A stretch of 64,000 nt of DNA from an uncultured Akkermansia sp. Lineage in GTDB: Bacteria; Verrucomicrobiota; Kiritimatiellia; RFP12; JAAYNR01. Made by a program: the position numbers and the translations under genes. The notes below the pieces were generated by a model. That model saw only the letters and a program-made list of their open reading frames with translations. It did no database searches and was not told the DNA's origin. Of the stretch, positions 1 to 9,000 are shown piece by piece (the first letter of the stretch is position 1; every line of letters starts with the position of its first letter). The stretch lies in the NCBI GenBank assembly GCA_964580075.1, contig CAZOJL010000004.1, positions 262-64,261 of the forward strand, given 5' to 3'.

Positions 1-862
1 TCTCGACATGCGCCATGACGGCCCGAGTCATCCGCAGGAGGTCGGCGTCCCGGTCGGTCGTCGGATCTGGAAAGACGGGGTCGTGGGAGACGACGCTGTG
101 GTGGAACCAGCCGACGCGGCTGAGGATCACCGGAAAAATGGGAACGTTCGCGGTGCGCGCAAACTGAGCCATGCCGCGCCCCAGATTGGCCTCCGAGCCG
201 AGAAACGGGACCTGCAGATCGGGCATCGGCATCCGCACGTCGGGGAGGATGGCAAACGCCCCGTGGGCGTGCAGCCGCCGCAGGATGACGCGCAACGCCG
301 ACGATCCCCGTTCCAGCACATCCATGCTGTGACTGCGGATGCGGTTGATCCACCCGTTGACATGGGGGTTCTTCTGCTTTCCGGCGATCGAGAAGACGTC
401 AATGCCGGCCTGCTTGCCGGCGACCCCGGCCAAGTCCCAATTGCCCATGTGGGGGACGGCGATGATGATGCCGCCGTGCGTCTCGATCAGCACGCGCATG
501 CGGCCAAGGACATCGTCCAACCCGAACACATGGCCGCGCAGCCACGCCGGCTCAATCCGGCTCACCCGCATCATTTCTGCCGCGTTGAAACAGAGGTTGC
601 GCAAGGAGATCCACGCGATCCGCTCGGCTTGCCGGGGGGGAATCGCGTCGCCAAACACGCTGCGAATGCGCCGCACCGCCTCCGTCCGGCGGAACCGGAC
701 GACATGGAAGACGATTCCGGCCGCGCCCCATGCCAGCGTCAACGCGACACGGTGGGGAAGTACCTGACACACACAGGCGGTCAGACGCAGGAATGCATAT
801 TCAATGAGGTGCCGGATGCGTCGCAGGCGGAGGTTGACCCGGTCGGGATGTGGCAAAAACAT
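1..862 (-). CDS. Kdo2-lipid IVA acyltransferase family protein (LpxL/HtrB-like), C-terminus beyond left edge
   Basis: I translated the minus strand myself because the ORF track omits it (it runs off the window edge). It reads MFLPHPDRVNLRLRRIRHLIEYAFLRL...VPHMGNWDLAG...WFHHSVVSHDPVF, with the H-x4-D acyltransferase motif (HMGNWD) of the lipid A lauroyl/myristoyl acyltransferase family. The only + ORF here (8..1084) is antisense and low-complexity. Confidence 0.6.
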   Translation of the reverse strand, partial: MFLPHPDRVNLRLRRIRHLIEYAFLRLTACVCQVLPHRVALTLAWGAAGIVFHVVRFRRTEAVRRIRSVFGDAIPPRQAERIAWISLRNLCFNAAEMMRVSRIEPAWLRGHVFGLDDVLGRMRVLIETHGGIIIAVPHMGNWDLAGVAGKQAGIDVFSIAGKQKNPHVNGWINRIRSHSMDVLERGSSALRVILRRLHAHGAFAILPDVRMPMPDLQVPFLGSEANLGRGMAQFARTANVPIFPVILSRVGWFHHSVVSHDPVFPDPTTDRDADLLRMTRAVMAHVE

Positions 863-868
863 CCGCAC

Positions 869-1159
869 CTACTTATCGGAATCGCAGACGAAGACGATCT
901 CGTTGGGCCGGATGCGGCGGTTCTGCCGGGCCACCTGCTCCGCGAACGCGGGGTCTGTTTGCAGACGCTGCTGGCGCACACGGATATCCTTGATCTCTTG
1001 CTGCCTGGCATCGATGCGGCGTTGCATCTCAGCGCAGCGTGTCTCACGACTCTTCAGCTCCTGATATTTTGGCAGGAAAAATAAAAACGCGCCCACCAAA
1101 GCCAAAGCCACGGCGGTAACGCAGGTTGTTTTACAGAAAATTCGCAGGAATTCGGCCAT
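869..1159 (-). CDS. FtsB/DivIC-like septum formation initiator (TM helix plus coiled coil)
   Basis: Inside ORF 869..1336, starting at the internal Met MAEFLRIF: TM segment AVALALVGAFLFFL, then coiled-coil QELKSRETRCAEMQRRIDARQQEIKDIRVRQQRL and a C-terminus DPAFAEQVARQNRRIRPNEIVFV typical of FtsB. Its stop TAG (869-871) is 6 nt from the downstream ATG. Confidence 0.55.
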   Translation of the reverse strand: MAEFLRIFCKTTCVTAVALALVGAFLFFLPKYQELKSRETRCAEMQRRIDARQQEIKDIRVRQQRLQTDPAFAEQVARQNRRIRPNEIVFVCDSDK

Positions 1160-1316
1160 TTTCGTGTCCCACAAGGTAAAGCGGGAAAAAGATTTACCAG
1201 ATGTTGGTCCGATTAAATCATCATTCACCCGTGCGGTCAACAGAAAAATTGAATTTTTTTTTGCGGGTCGATTGATAAAAAAATGCGCCCCCTTTTTCAG
1301 GGGTGTTGCGTCACGT

Positions 1317-2276
1317 TCACGACGCCGGTCGGTCATCGCCTGATCGGAGGGCCGGGGGGAGATGGAAGTGGGTCGTTTCGGAGACGGTTTCGAGATGTTC
1401 GGTGCGGTCGAAACCGCCCGCGACGAGGTGTTTGAGGACGAGGGTGATGAAGGGTTCGGGGGTCGAGGCGCCGGCGGTGATGCCGATGTCTCCCTGGCTG
1501 TCGAGTACGGCTGCGGGAATATCCTCGAGGCGGCTGACCAGAATCGCCTCCACGCCGGCGGCGCTGGCGACTTCGGCCAGACGCCGGGTGTTGGAGCTGT
1601 TTTGCGAACCCAGAACCAGGATCAGGCGGACCCGCTCCGCGAGCGCCTTGACCGCCTGCTGCCGGTTGGTCGTCGCATAGCAGATATCGTCCGACGCCGG
1701 CGTGCGCAAACCGGGGAAGCGACGCCGCAGCACCGCACGGATCCGATCGGCCTCTTCCGAGCTCAGCGTGGTCTGGGTCACCACGGCCACACGCGCGGGG
1801 TCCGCCGGAAGGAACGCCTCTGCATCGGCGACGCTTTCGATGATCGTCACCCGGTCGGGCGCCTCGCCCGCCACGCCGATCACCTCGTCGTGATTACGAT
1901 GCCCGACCAGGGCGATGGAACAGCCCTGGCGGGCGAAGCGAATGACCTCGGCATGAACCTTGAGAACGAACGGACAGGTGGCGTCGATGACCTCCACGCG
2001 ACGGGCAACGGCGGCGGCGCGCACCGACGGCGCGACGCCGTGGGCGCTGAAGAGCACGACGCTCCCCGCAGGGACCGCGTCAAGGGTGCTGACGAAGCGG
2101 ACGCCCCGGCGCTCGAACGATTCGACAACCTGGCGGTTGTGGACGATCTCGTGAAGCGCGTAAAGGGGGTGTGGCCGCAGACGCAAGGCCGCATCGGCGA
2201 CTTCGACCGCGTGCCGAACGCCCGCGCAAAAGCCGCGGGGACTCGCGAGGATGACGGTTTTATGTGGCATGGACAT
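1317..2276 (-). CDS. ispH: 4-hydroxy-3-methylbut-2-enyl diphosphate reductase
   Basis: 319-aa ORF with ILASPRGFCAGVRHAV, the HNRQVV region and three conserved Cys regions characteristic of IspH/LytB. Confidence 0.85.
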   Translation of the reverse strand: MSMPHKTVILASPRGFCAGVRHAVEVADAALRLRPHPLYALHEIVHNRQVVESFERRGVRFVSTLDAVPAGSVVLFSAHGVAPSVRAAAVARRVEVIDATCPFVLKVHAEVIRFARQGCSIALVGHRNHDEVIGVAGEAPDRVTIIESVADAEAFLPADPARVAVVTQTTLSSEEADRIRAVLRRRFPGLRTPASDDICYATTNRQQAVKALAERVRLILVLGSQNSSNTRRLAEVASAAGVEAILVSRLEDIPAAVLDSQGDIGITAGASTPEPFITLVLKHLVAGGFDRTEHLETVSETTHFHLPPALRSGDDRPAS

Positions 2277-2338
2277 CGTGAAGAGGTCGTGAGTTTATCG
2301 CAGTTCCCCGCCACCGGTCAAGGCGCCTGTCAGGAGCA

Positions 2339-2478
2339 GCAATTCTCATTTTGGAGATGGGGCCATCGGCGTCGGGGTCGGGATCGGGATCGGTATCGAT
2401 AAAACCAACGGAAATTCGACCCCGATTCCGATACCGACCCCGACCCCGATGACCCAATAGCCTTATATTGAGAATTGC
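2339..2478. mobile_element. MITE-like element, family A (TIR cagcaattctca / tgagaattgctg; internal GATCGG-type palindrome), intact copy
   Basis: 140-bp non-coding element between ispH and the AEC transporter. It has perfect about 12-bp terminal inverted repeats and an internal hairpin (atcggcgtcggggtcgggatcggg ... cccgattccgataccgaccccgaccccgat). A perfect 9-bp direct duplication tgtcaggag sits on both flanks (2330-2338 and 2479-2487). Confidence 0.7.
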
Positions 2479-2494
2479 TGTGTCAGGAGATGCG

Positions 2495-3448
2495 TCACCG
2501 GGCGCAGAGGGTGAGAATCGCGGCGAGCGGAAACAACGCGAGCAAGGTGCTCACCACCACGGCATCCCGGGCCATGACGCTGTCGCATCCCATCTTATCG
2601 GCCATGACGTAGCTGGTGATCGCCGTCGGGCACGCCAGGAAAATCAGAATGACGAGGGTTTCGAGCGGCGACAGGCCGAATCCGCGACAGAGGAACAGGC
2701 CGAGCAGCGGCGCGGCGCCCACCTTGAGGATCGCGGCAGCCAGCACCCCCGGCAGGGGACGCCGTTCCCCGGATCGTGTGAAGGTGGCCCCCATTGAAAG
2801 CAGCGCCAGCGGCAGCGCCATTTGACCCAGCGGACGCAGGGTGCGATCGAGCAGCGTGGGCAATCCGATGCCCGTCAACGCGAGCATCAGCCCGAGCAGG
2901 CAGGCGATCAGCAAGGGGTTGGACACCACCTTGCACGTCACGGAGCCGACGGACGGTCTCGTGCCCGCTGCGCCGGACCCGTGCTCCAGAATCACGATGC
3001 TGGCGATGTTATAGAGCGGAACGGCGTTCGCGAGCACCAGCATGGCGGCGGCACGCACCCCGGGGGCATCCGGTGTCACGGGCATCCCGTCCATCGCATA
3101 GAAAACCAACGGCAGACCGATATAGGCGATATTGCCGCGCATCGCCGCCTGCACGAAGGAGGCGGCGCTCGGCGGCTCGAGTTTGAACAGCCGGGCGAGC
3201 GGATAGGCGAGCAGTGTCACGCCCGCGGTGGCCGCCACAAGCACGTAGAACATCCGCAATACCGGGCCGGCCGCAAGGGGGGCTGTGGCGATGCCGACCA
3301 GCAACAGTGCCGGAAGACCGATGTAAAAGGTCAGCGTGTTGAGGCCGGAAAAGAATCCTTCCGGCAGAATGCGGCGGGTGTGCAGCCACCAGCCAAGGGC
3401 GATGATCAGGAATATCGGCGCCAGCGTGGGAAGGGTGATCTCAAACAT
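2495..3448 (-). CDS. AEC family (auxin efflux carrier-like) membrane transporter
   Basis: 317 aa, about 10 hydrophobic helices, two-repeat architecture typical of the PF03547 membrane transport family. Confidence 0.65.
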   Translation of the reverse strand: MFEITLPTLAPIFLIIALGWWLHTRRILPEGFFSGLNTLTFYIGLPALLLVGIATAPLAAGPVLRMFYVLVAATAGVTLLAYPLARLFKLEPPSAASFVQAAMRGNIAYIGLPLVFYAMDGMPVTPDAPGVRAAAMLVLANAVPLYNIASIVILEHGSGAAGTRPSVGSVTCKVVSNPLLIACLLGLMLALTGIGLPTLLDRTLRPLGQMALPLALLSMGATFTRSGERRPLPGVLAAAILKVGAAPLLGLFLCRGFGLSPLETLVILIFLACPTAITSYVMADKMGCDSVMARDAVVVSTLLALFPLAAILTLCAR

Positions 3449-3528
3449 GACGTGTGATCCGGTTTGGGCTGATGCTCAGGAGCGGACGGGGACAATTATC
3501 AACGTGACAACGGGGCGATTGTGGCATA

Positions 3529-4710
3529 TCAGGAGTGTCGTGTGCTTAAGAGGGTTTCAATCACCGCCGCGGCACTCCCCAGGGCGTCGCCGGGACCCAG
3601 GGTGCGGTTGACTGCGTCGTAGGCGGCGCAGGCGCGGGCGTGGGCGGCCGGATCGGTGAGGTAGGGGCGCACGGCCGCCACAACCCGATCAGGGGTGAAG
3701 TCGCGCTGCAGGAGTTCCGGCATCACCGGCTCGTGCGACAGGCCGCACCGCGTGGCCAGAATGTTGGCGAGCCCGGCGCAACGCTCGCCTCTGACCAACA
3801 GCCGAAAAATGGATGCGGTGAGGGGGTGCATGCAGTAGACGAGGACGGTCGGACACCGCATGAGGCACGCTTCGAGGGTGGCGGTTCCGGAGGCGACGAT
3901 GGCGGCATGCGCCTGCAGCAGGACCTGGCGGGCGAGGCCGTCGACAAAGGTCAGGTCAGGAGGACGCTCCGGTGCGGCGGCAGCGACCTGTTCGGCGTAG
4001 GCACGGAGCGCGGGGGAGGGGCATGGAACCACGCACGCGCATCCGCCGGGAAGTCCGGCATGGAGCCGCGCCGCCGCAGCGAGCATCCCCGGAAAGATTC
4101 GCGCGATTTCGTTCCGGCGGCTTCCGGGCAGAAGGGCGAGGCGGTGCGTCCCGCCATCCCACGGGAGCGGGGCTTCGGGTTCGGCAAAGGTTTCTGCGGC
4201 GCGATCAACCAGGGGATGGCCGACGAAGGTGACGGGGAGGGACGTCCCGGCGAAGCAGTCGGGTTCGAAGGGGAGGAAGACCAGCAGGTGGTCGAAAATG
4301 CGCGCGAGCCTGGGAATGCGCGACTGGTGCCAGGCCCAGACCTGCGGGCAGATCAGGTGGACGGTGGGATAGCCCTTGCCGTGCGCGGCGGCGGCGAAAC
4401 GGGTGTTGAAGCCGGGGTAGTCCACGGTCAGGACCAGATCGGGCCGCCAGGCCTCCAGCTCGGCCAGCAAGCGCCGCATCATGCCGCGGAAAAACCGGAT
4501 CTGCTTGAGAACCTCGACAAAGCCCATCACGGCGGTCTGGTCGGTGTGGTAGAGCAATTCGGCGCCGGCCGCGCGCATGGCGTCACCGCCGCAGCCCCGG
4601 AAGGTGACGGGGACGGCGAGCCGCTTCCGCAGCGCCGCCATCAGGGAGGCGGCGTACATGTCGCCCGATGGCTCGCCGGCGAGGATCAGGATTCGCAGGG
4701 GACTGTTCAT
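3529..4710 (-). CDS. lpxB: lipid-A-disaccharide synthase
   Basis: 393 aa starting [27 protein letters not shown] (the LpxB N-terminal signature), with GT-B fold motifs. Its start overlaps the stop of the upstream lpxI by 4 bp. Confidence 0.8.
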   Translation of the reverse strand: MNSPLRILILAGEPSGDMYAASLMAALRKRLAVPVTFRGCGGDAMRAAGAELLYHTDQTAVMGFVEVLKQIRFFRGMMRRLLAELEAWRPDLVLTVDYPGFNTRFAAAAHGKGYPTVHLICPQVWAWHQSRIPRLARIFDHLLVFLPFEPDCFAGTSLPVTFVGHPLVDRAAETFAEPEAPLPWDGGTHRLALLPGSRRNEIARIFPGMLAAAARLHAGLPGGCACVVPCPSPALRAYAEQVAAAAPERPPDLTFVDGLARQVLLQAHAAIVASGTATLEACLMRCPTVLVYCMHPLTASIFRLLVRGERCAGLANILATRCGLSHEPVMPELLQRDFTPDRVVAAVRPYLTDPAAHARACAAYDAVNRTLGPGDALGSAAAVIETLLSTRHS

Positions 4711-5579
4711 AAGGCGGACCTGGATGAGGCAGACGCCTCCGGCAATCCCGACGGGACGGAGACGATGGCCATGTTGAGGCGGTCGGCCGCGCGGATGACG
4801 GCGTCGCGGTCGAGGAGGAGGGTGCGTCCGGCTTGGATGGCGAGGGCGGAGACGCGGGCCTTGCGCAGGACGGAGAGGGTTTCGGCGCCGATGACGGGAA
4901 TGTCGAAACGCATGTCGTGGCCATTCTTGGCGACCTTGACGACGACGGCGCCCGCGCCGCCCAGCCTGCCGGCGCGGCGGATGGCGCGGTTGGTGCCTTC
5001 AAAGGACTCGACGGCGAGAATCATGCCATCCTTGATCACCACCGTCTGGCCGATATCGAGGTCGCACACACGCATGCCGACGTCGATACCGAAGCGGATG
5101 TCATGCCATTCGCGCGGGTCGGGTTCACGCCGGGTAAGCGTGCCCGGGGGCGGCAGATGGGCGTCCATGAAACTCGATGCGGGTAGGACGGTGATGTTGC
5201 GGGAGGTGAGTTGTTCGGCGAGCGCGCCGAAAATCGTGTGCGCATTTTTGACCCTGAGCGACCGAAGGATGGCCCGGGAAAAGGGGTCGAAGCGGGTGCA
5301 GAAGAGGGCGGCTGGGGTGATCTGACCCGCCATCAGGGCGTAGCGGATGCCCGTCTGTTCGGCCCACGCGAGCATCCGGCCGGCCTCGCCGACGCCGAAC
5401 ACGACGCAGGCATCGGCGAACGAACGGAGTTCCCTGGAGGTCATGCCGCGCACAGCGGCGACCGTGATGCGGGCGACACCGGCTTCCCGTGCGCCGCGGG
5501 CGAGCAACAGGGGGTAGGTTCCCCGGCCCGCGATGATCAGGAGATGGTCGGGTAGGGTGGTGGACATAACGGGTTCCAC
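4707..5579 (-). CDS. lpxI: UDP-2,3-diacylglucosamine diphosphatase LpxI (DUF1009 family)
   Basis: 290 aa with [23 protein letters not shown] at the N-terminus and [21 protein letters not shown] at the C-terminus, matching LpxI. It sits immediately upstream of lpxB. Confidence 0.6.
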   Translation of the reverse strand: MEPVMSTTLPDHLLIIAGRGTYPLLLARGAREAGVARITVAAVRGMTSRELRSFADACVVFGVGEAGRMLAWAEQTGIRYALMAGQITPAALFCTRFDPFSRAILRSLRVKNAHTIFGALAEQLTSRNITVLPASSFMDAHLPPPGTLTRREPDPREWHDIRFGIDVGMRVCDLDIGQTVVIKDGMILAVESFEGTNRAIRRAGRLGGAGAVVVKVAKNGHDMRFDIPVIGAETLSVLRKARVSALAIQAGRTLLLDRDAVIRAADRLNMAIVSVPSGLPEASASSRSAL

Positions 5580-5582
5580 AGG

Positions 5583-5671
5583 TTGGCGGAGGGAGAGGGA
5601 TTCGAACCCCCGGTACCTTGCGGCACGTCGGTTTTCAAGACCGATGCTTTAAACCACTCAGCCATCCCTCC
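5583..5671 (-). tRNA. tRNA-Ser (anticodon TGA)
   Basis: Reverse complement is GGAGGGATGGCTGAGTGGTTTAAAGCATCGGTCTTGAAAACCGACGTGCCGCAAGGTACCGGGGGTTCGAATCCCTCTCCCTCCGCCA. It has a 7-bp acceptor stem, a long variable arm, anticodon loop CTTGAAA, a GGTTCGAATCC T-loop and an encoded CCA. Confidence 0.85.
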
Positions 5672-6045
5672 GGAACGGTCGATGCGGGGTTGGAGCGGGT
5701 GAAGGGAGACGAATCCTCGTCTTTACCGTCCAATTAGAAAACAAAACAAACTGTTAAACAACTGAATAAGAGAAACTTATGGCTTTTACTTTTTCGCCGT
5801 TACGTGCCCTCCAATGGGTTAAAGGCACCCAAAGGGGGTAAGCAAGTGCCACAAATCTTGGCGAAAAACCGGCGATAAGGCAAGCTCCAATTAATCGGAG
5901 GTGACATCCGACCGTCCGTCTGCTGTTCTCCAATTTCGGCCACGAGGTTATTACCCCGCGTTTGAAATGCGATGGTTCTGTATTCCCTTCGACAGGATTA
6001 CAGAATTCGCATGATTGGGAGACCGGCCGATATCCGCGGTGCGGG

Positions 6046-9000
6046 CTACTCATCCAAAACAAATCGCGGATATGACGCGAGATCGCGTCTTCCCGCCAGA
6101 CCCTTGGCCAACTGCATCCAATAGCGCTGTCCGTTGCCGTCGTCATCGTCCAGAAAAACGATGTTGAACCCGAACGGTTCACCGGGTTTCAAGCCGATGT
6201 CGGCCAGCGGCAAACGGAGCTCGTAGCGGGTGGTTTTGGCGGCGTCGTCGCGAACCACGGCGTATTGTGCGGACTGCGTCAGGGAGTCGCCGTTGCCGAC
6301 AAACGGGTGGAAGACGAGGCCATTCGCGGTCAGGGCTAGACCGACATTCCACTCGACGCCATTCGTCATGGCCACCCCCACCTGCAGGGCGTCGCCATTC
6401 CAGATCATGCCGCCGGTCTGCCGGTTGAAGTGCTTGTCGTCCGTCACCTCCGCCGCCAGGCAGAGGGCATCGCCGTCCGATCCCCACCACGCCCTGACCC
6501 CCAGGTCTTCAGGTCCCTCCCACAACAGTTGGCGTCCCGGCGGCCGACGGCGGTCCTCCGGGTAGACCTGGAAGAGACTCCGGCGGACCAGCGACGGCCT
6601 GCCCGGTAGTGTATCGAATGCCTCCTGCGGAGCCTTGGGTGCCTTACCCCATTCGTCCAAGTCGCCGTCGATACGCACGGCCTGGGTCAGGCGCGGCATT
6701 CGGCGGGGGGTCTCGACGGCAACGGGAGGCTCAGCCGCGCTTCCCGCGACGGCGTCGGGAGCCGTGCGCGCGCCGCGCCAGCCGTTCGCTTCCGAGCGGG
6801 ATTCCCGGCTGAAGGATGCCTCCCGATGTTTGAAGACCGCGCGGCTGCGGTCCGATGTGCGCAGGGGAGAGTTGAGGTCGCCGAAGAATCCGCCGCGATA
6901 GCCGGTGCCGCTGGCGAGGTCGCTGCCGGAGATGGGCGGCCAATCGGCCGGCACATTCACCGTTCCCGCGCCGTGGGAGCCTTCAAACCGGCGGCCCCGT
7001 GCATTTCCGACCGTCACCACCTGTTCGCGCACGTTACCGCTCAGATCGAGTATCCCCCAGTACGAGGCCCCTGCGGCGACGCGTCCGCTTTCCGATGTTG
7101 CAAAGACCCCCGCGCGCATCGGGCTGCCTGGAATCGCGCTCACGCCGCCGCGCGTCGGGCCACCGAAGTAGGCAGGCATGGTCAGCTCGTAGTGGGCGTT
7201 GCCGATCCCCGGATCGTCATTACCTGCCATCCGCTCGGCGGACGTTCCTTCTCCGGTCGCGGTGTATTCCGTCCGCGCGATGGCGGTCGTACCCCAGGCG
7301 AACGCATTGGGTGCCGGTTGGCGCGGCCCGCGGCTGGCCTTCTCGTACTCCAGTTCTGTCATCGGCCGCAATCCCGACCACGCCGCGAACTGGGCGCTGT
7401 CCCACCACGAGAGGAGGTTGCAGGCCTGGTAGGGCTTGGCCGCCGTGAAATTCGGCCAGACACCGGAGAGGGCGTACCGCCCGACAGCGGTATAGGTGGC
7501 GCCGGCATGCGAGCTGTCACCGCTCGAGGTGGCTGCGAATGCCGCGCTCGACAGCGTGTTCAGAAACGCGGTGAACTGTCCGCGCGTCACCTCGTAGCGC
7601 ATGCAGTAGAAGGGCTCATAGCCGGTGGGATAGCCGTTGACGAGGGCGCCCTCCGGGCCGATGGTGTCGGGTCCGAATTCGCTCACACCCCAGAGCCGGC
7701 CAGGCGCGCCGCCGATGCGCCGGGCAGTGGAGCCTTCCGCCACCGGGCCGCTCCAGTCGGCGTCCACCCGGAAAGGAATCGTGTCGCCGTCGGTCCAGGA
7801 GCCGTCGGTAAAGCTGCCGCTCTCCGCTCCGCCAGACCCCACCGTGAACGCGCCTCGCGGTACGTAGACCATCTCGATGGCAAAGACCTTCAGGTCGGCT
7901 TCGGCGGGGTTGGTCACGCCGTCGGCGCCGGAAAGCCAGCTCAGGCTGACGTCCGTGAGGTCGAGCGGGCCTTGCCCGGAGCCGGCTCGGTAGATGAACG
8001 CGCCCATCCCCTTACCGCCGGTGAGCCCGACATCCAGCGCCGCCTCTTCGGGCGCGGTGTGGGCGGCGCGATCCGACGCGAGTGTCGCAGGGAAGTACCC
8101 GTCCTTTTCCCGGCCGGGGAGACGGTACTTGGCGAACACCCACGCCGCGCTCCAGCTCTCGACCGGCATCTCCTGGCCGGTCACGCCGGTCGCCGCCGGT
8201 TCCTTCCAGTCCGCCCGCCAGGTGTCGCCCCAGGCCAGATCGAATCGCACCGTGCTCTGCTCCTCGGCGGTGCCTTTCTCCACGCGGACGCGGTCGATCC
8301 GGATCTGGTTGTTTTCGGCCGGTCCGCCCCGGAAGCGCGCGGTGGCGGCCTCTTCGACGGATGTTGTGGCGGCGGCGGCATCCGGTTGCGGCGTCGTGTC
8401 GTCAAGGGAATCGGCGTATGCGACGAAGGCGTCGAACGACCACGTCCAGTAGAGAAACGCCCGTCTGGCGGCGGTATTGTCGGATCGCTCGATGTCTTCC
8501 AGCGCCTGATCGCGCAGCTCCTTCATCCGGGCCACGACATCTGCCGGCCAGATCTCCCGGAACAACTTCGGGGGGACGCGCTGCTCGGCGAGCCGCAACG
8601 GGCGCGACAGGGCGGTCTTCTGCCAGCGGTCGCACTCGAGGCGCAGGAGCTCGCGAGCGCTGGCGGCGCCCGCGCCGAAGAGCCGCTTACACATTTCATC
8701 CAGCGTCGCATCCACATCCAGGTCCGGGTTCCACAGCGCGCGGTTCCAAACGTAGTAGGTGGGGGCAGCGGTGACAAAGCAGGCGGCGCCATACGAGAGC
8801 ACCATGCCGCCATCGAGCCGGTTGCGGTTCGTCTGATAGAACTCCTTGACCAGATGGGGGAACTGGACCGGGCCGTACGTCCAGTCGCCGGGGCCGGCGA
8901 AGTCGATCCACATGGTGACCGGCCTTCCCGATTTCTCAGCCCAGGCGCGCAGGAGGCCTTCCTGCTCCTGGCGGATGACCGGCTGGTGCAGCAACCCCAT

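Noticed and set aside
8-1084. 358-aa + strand ORF (MRHDGPSHPQEVGV...)
   Set aside because: Low-complexity G/R/D/V/H-rich translation typical of antisense frames in high-GC DNA. The minus strand here encodes a convincing LpxL-family acyltransferase and an FtsB-like protein.
1362-2402. 346-aa + ORF antisense to ispH
   Set aside because: Opposite strand of a strongly supported ispH. Its composition is R/G/D-rich with no recognisable motifs.
3640-5325. 561-aa + ORF
   Set aside because: Antisense to lpxB and lpxI. Composition junk (GGRIGEVGAHGRHNPIRGE...).
5583-5671. Possibility that the UGA-anticodon tRNA is a selenocysteine tRNA
   Set aside because: tRNA-Sec carries anticodon UCA (reads UGA). 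This tRNA has anticodon UGA (reads UCA) and standard tRNA-Ser architecture with a 7-bp acceptor stem, so it is an ordinary tRNA-Ser.
5672-6045. tmRNA, RNase P RNA or SRP RNA in the AT-rich gap
   Set aside because: I could find no tag-peptide reading frame ending ..ALAA, no RNase P P4 (AGGAAAGTCC / GGGTAA) or SRP domain IV (GGAAGCAGCCAAGG) conserved strings by eye. I kept it only as an unexplained low-GC segment.
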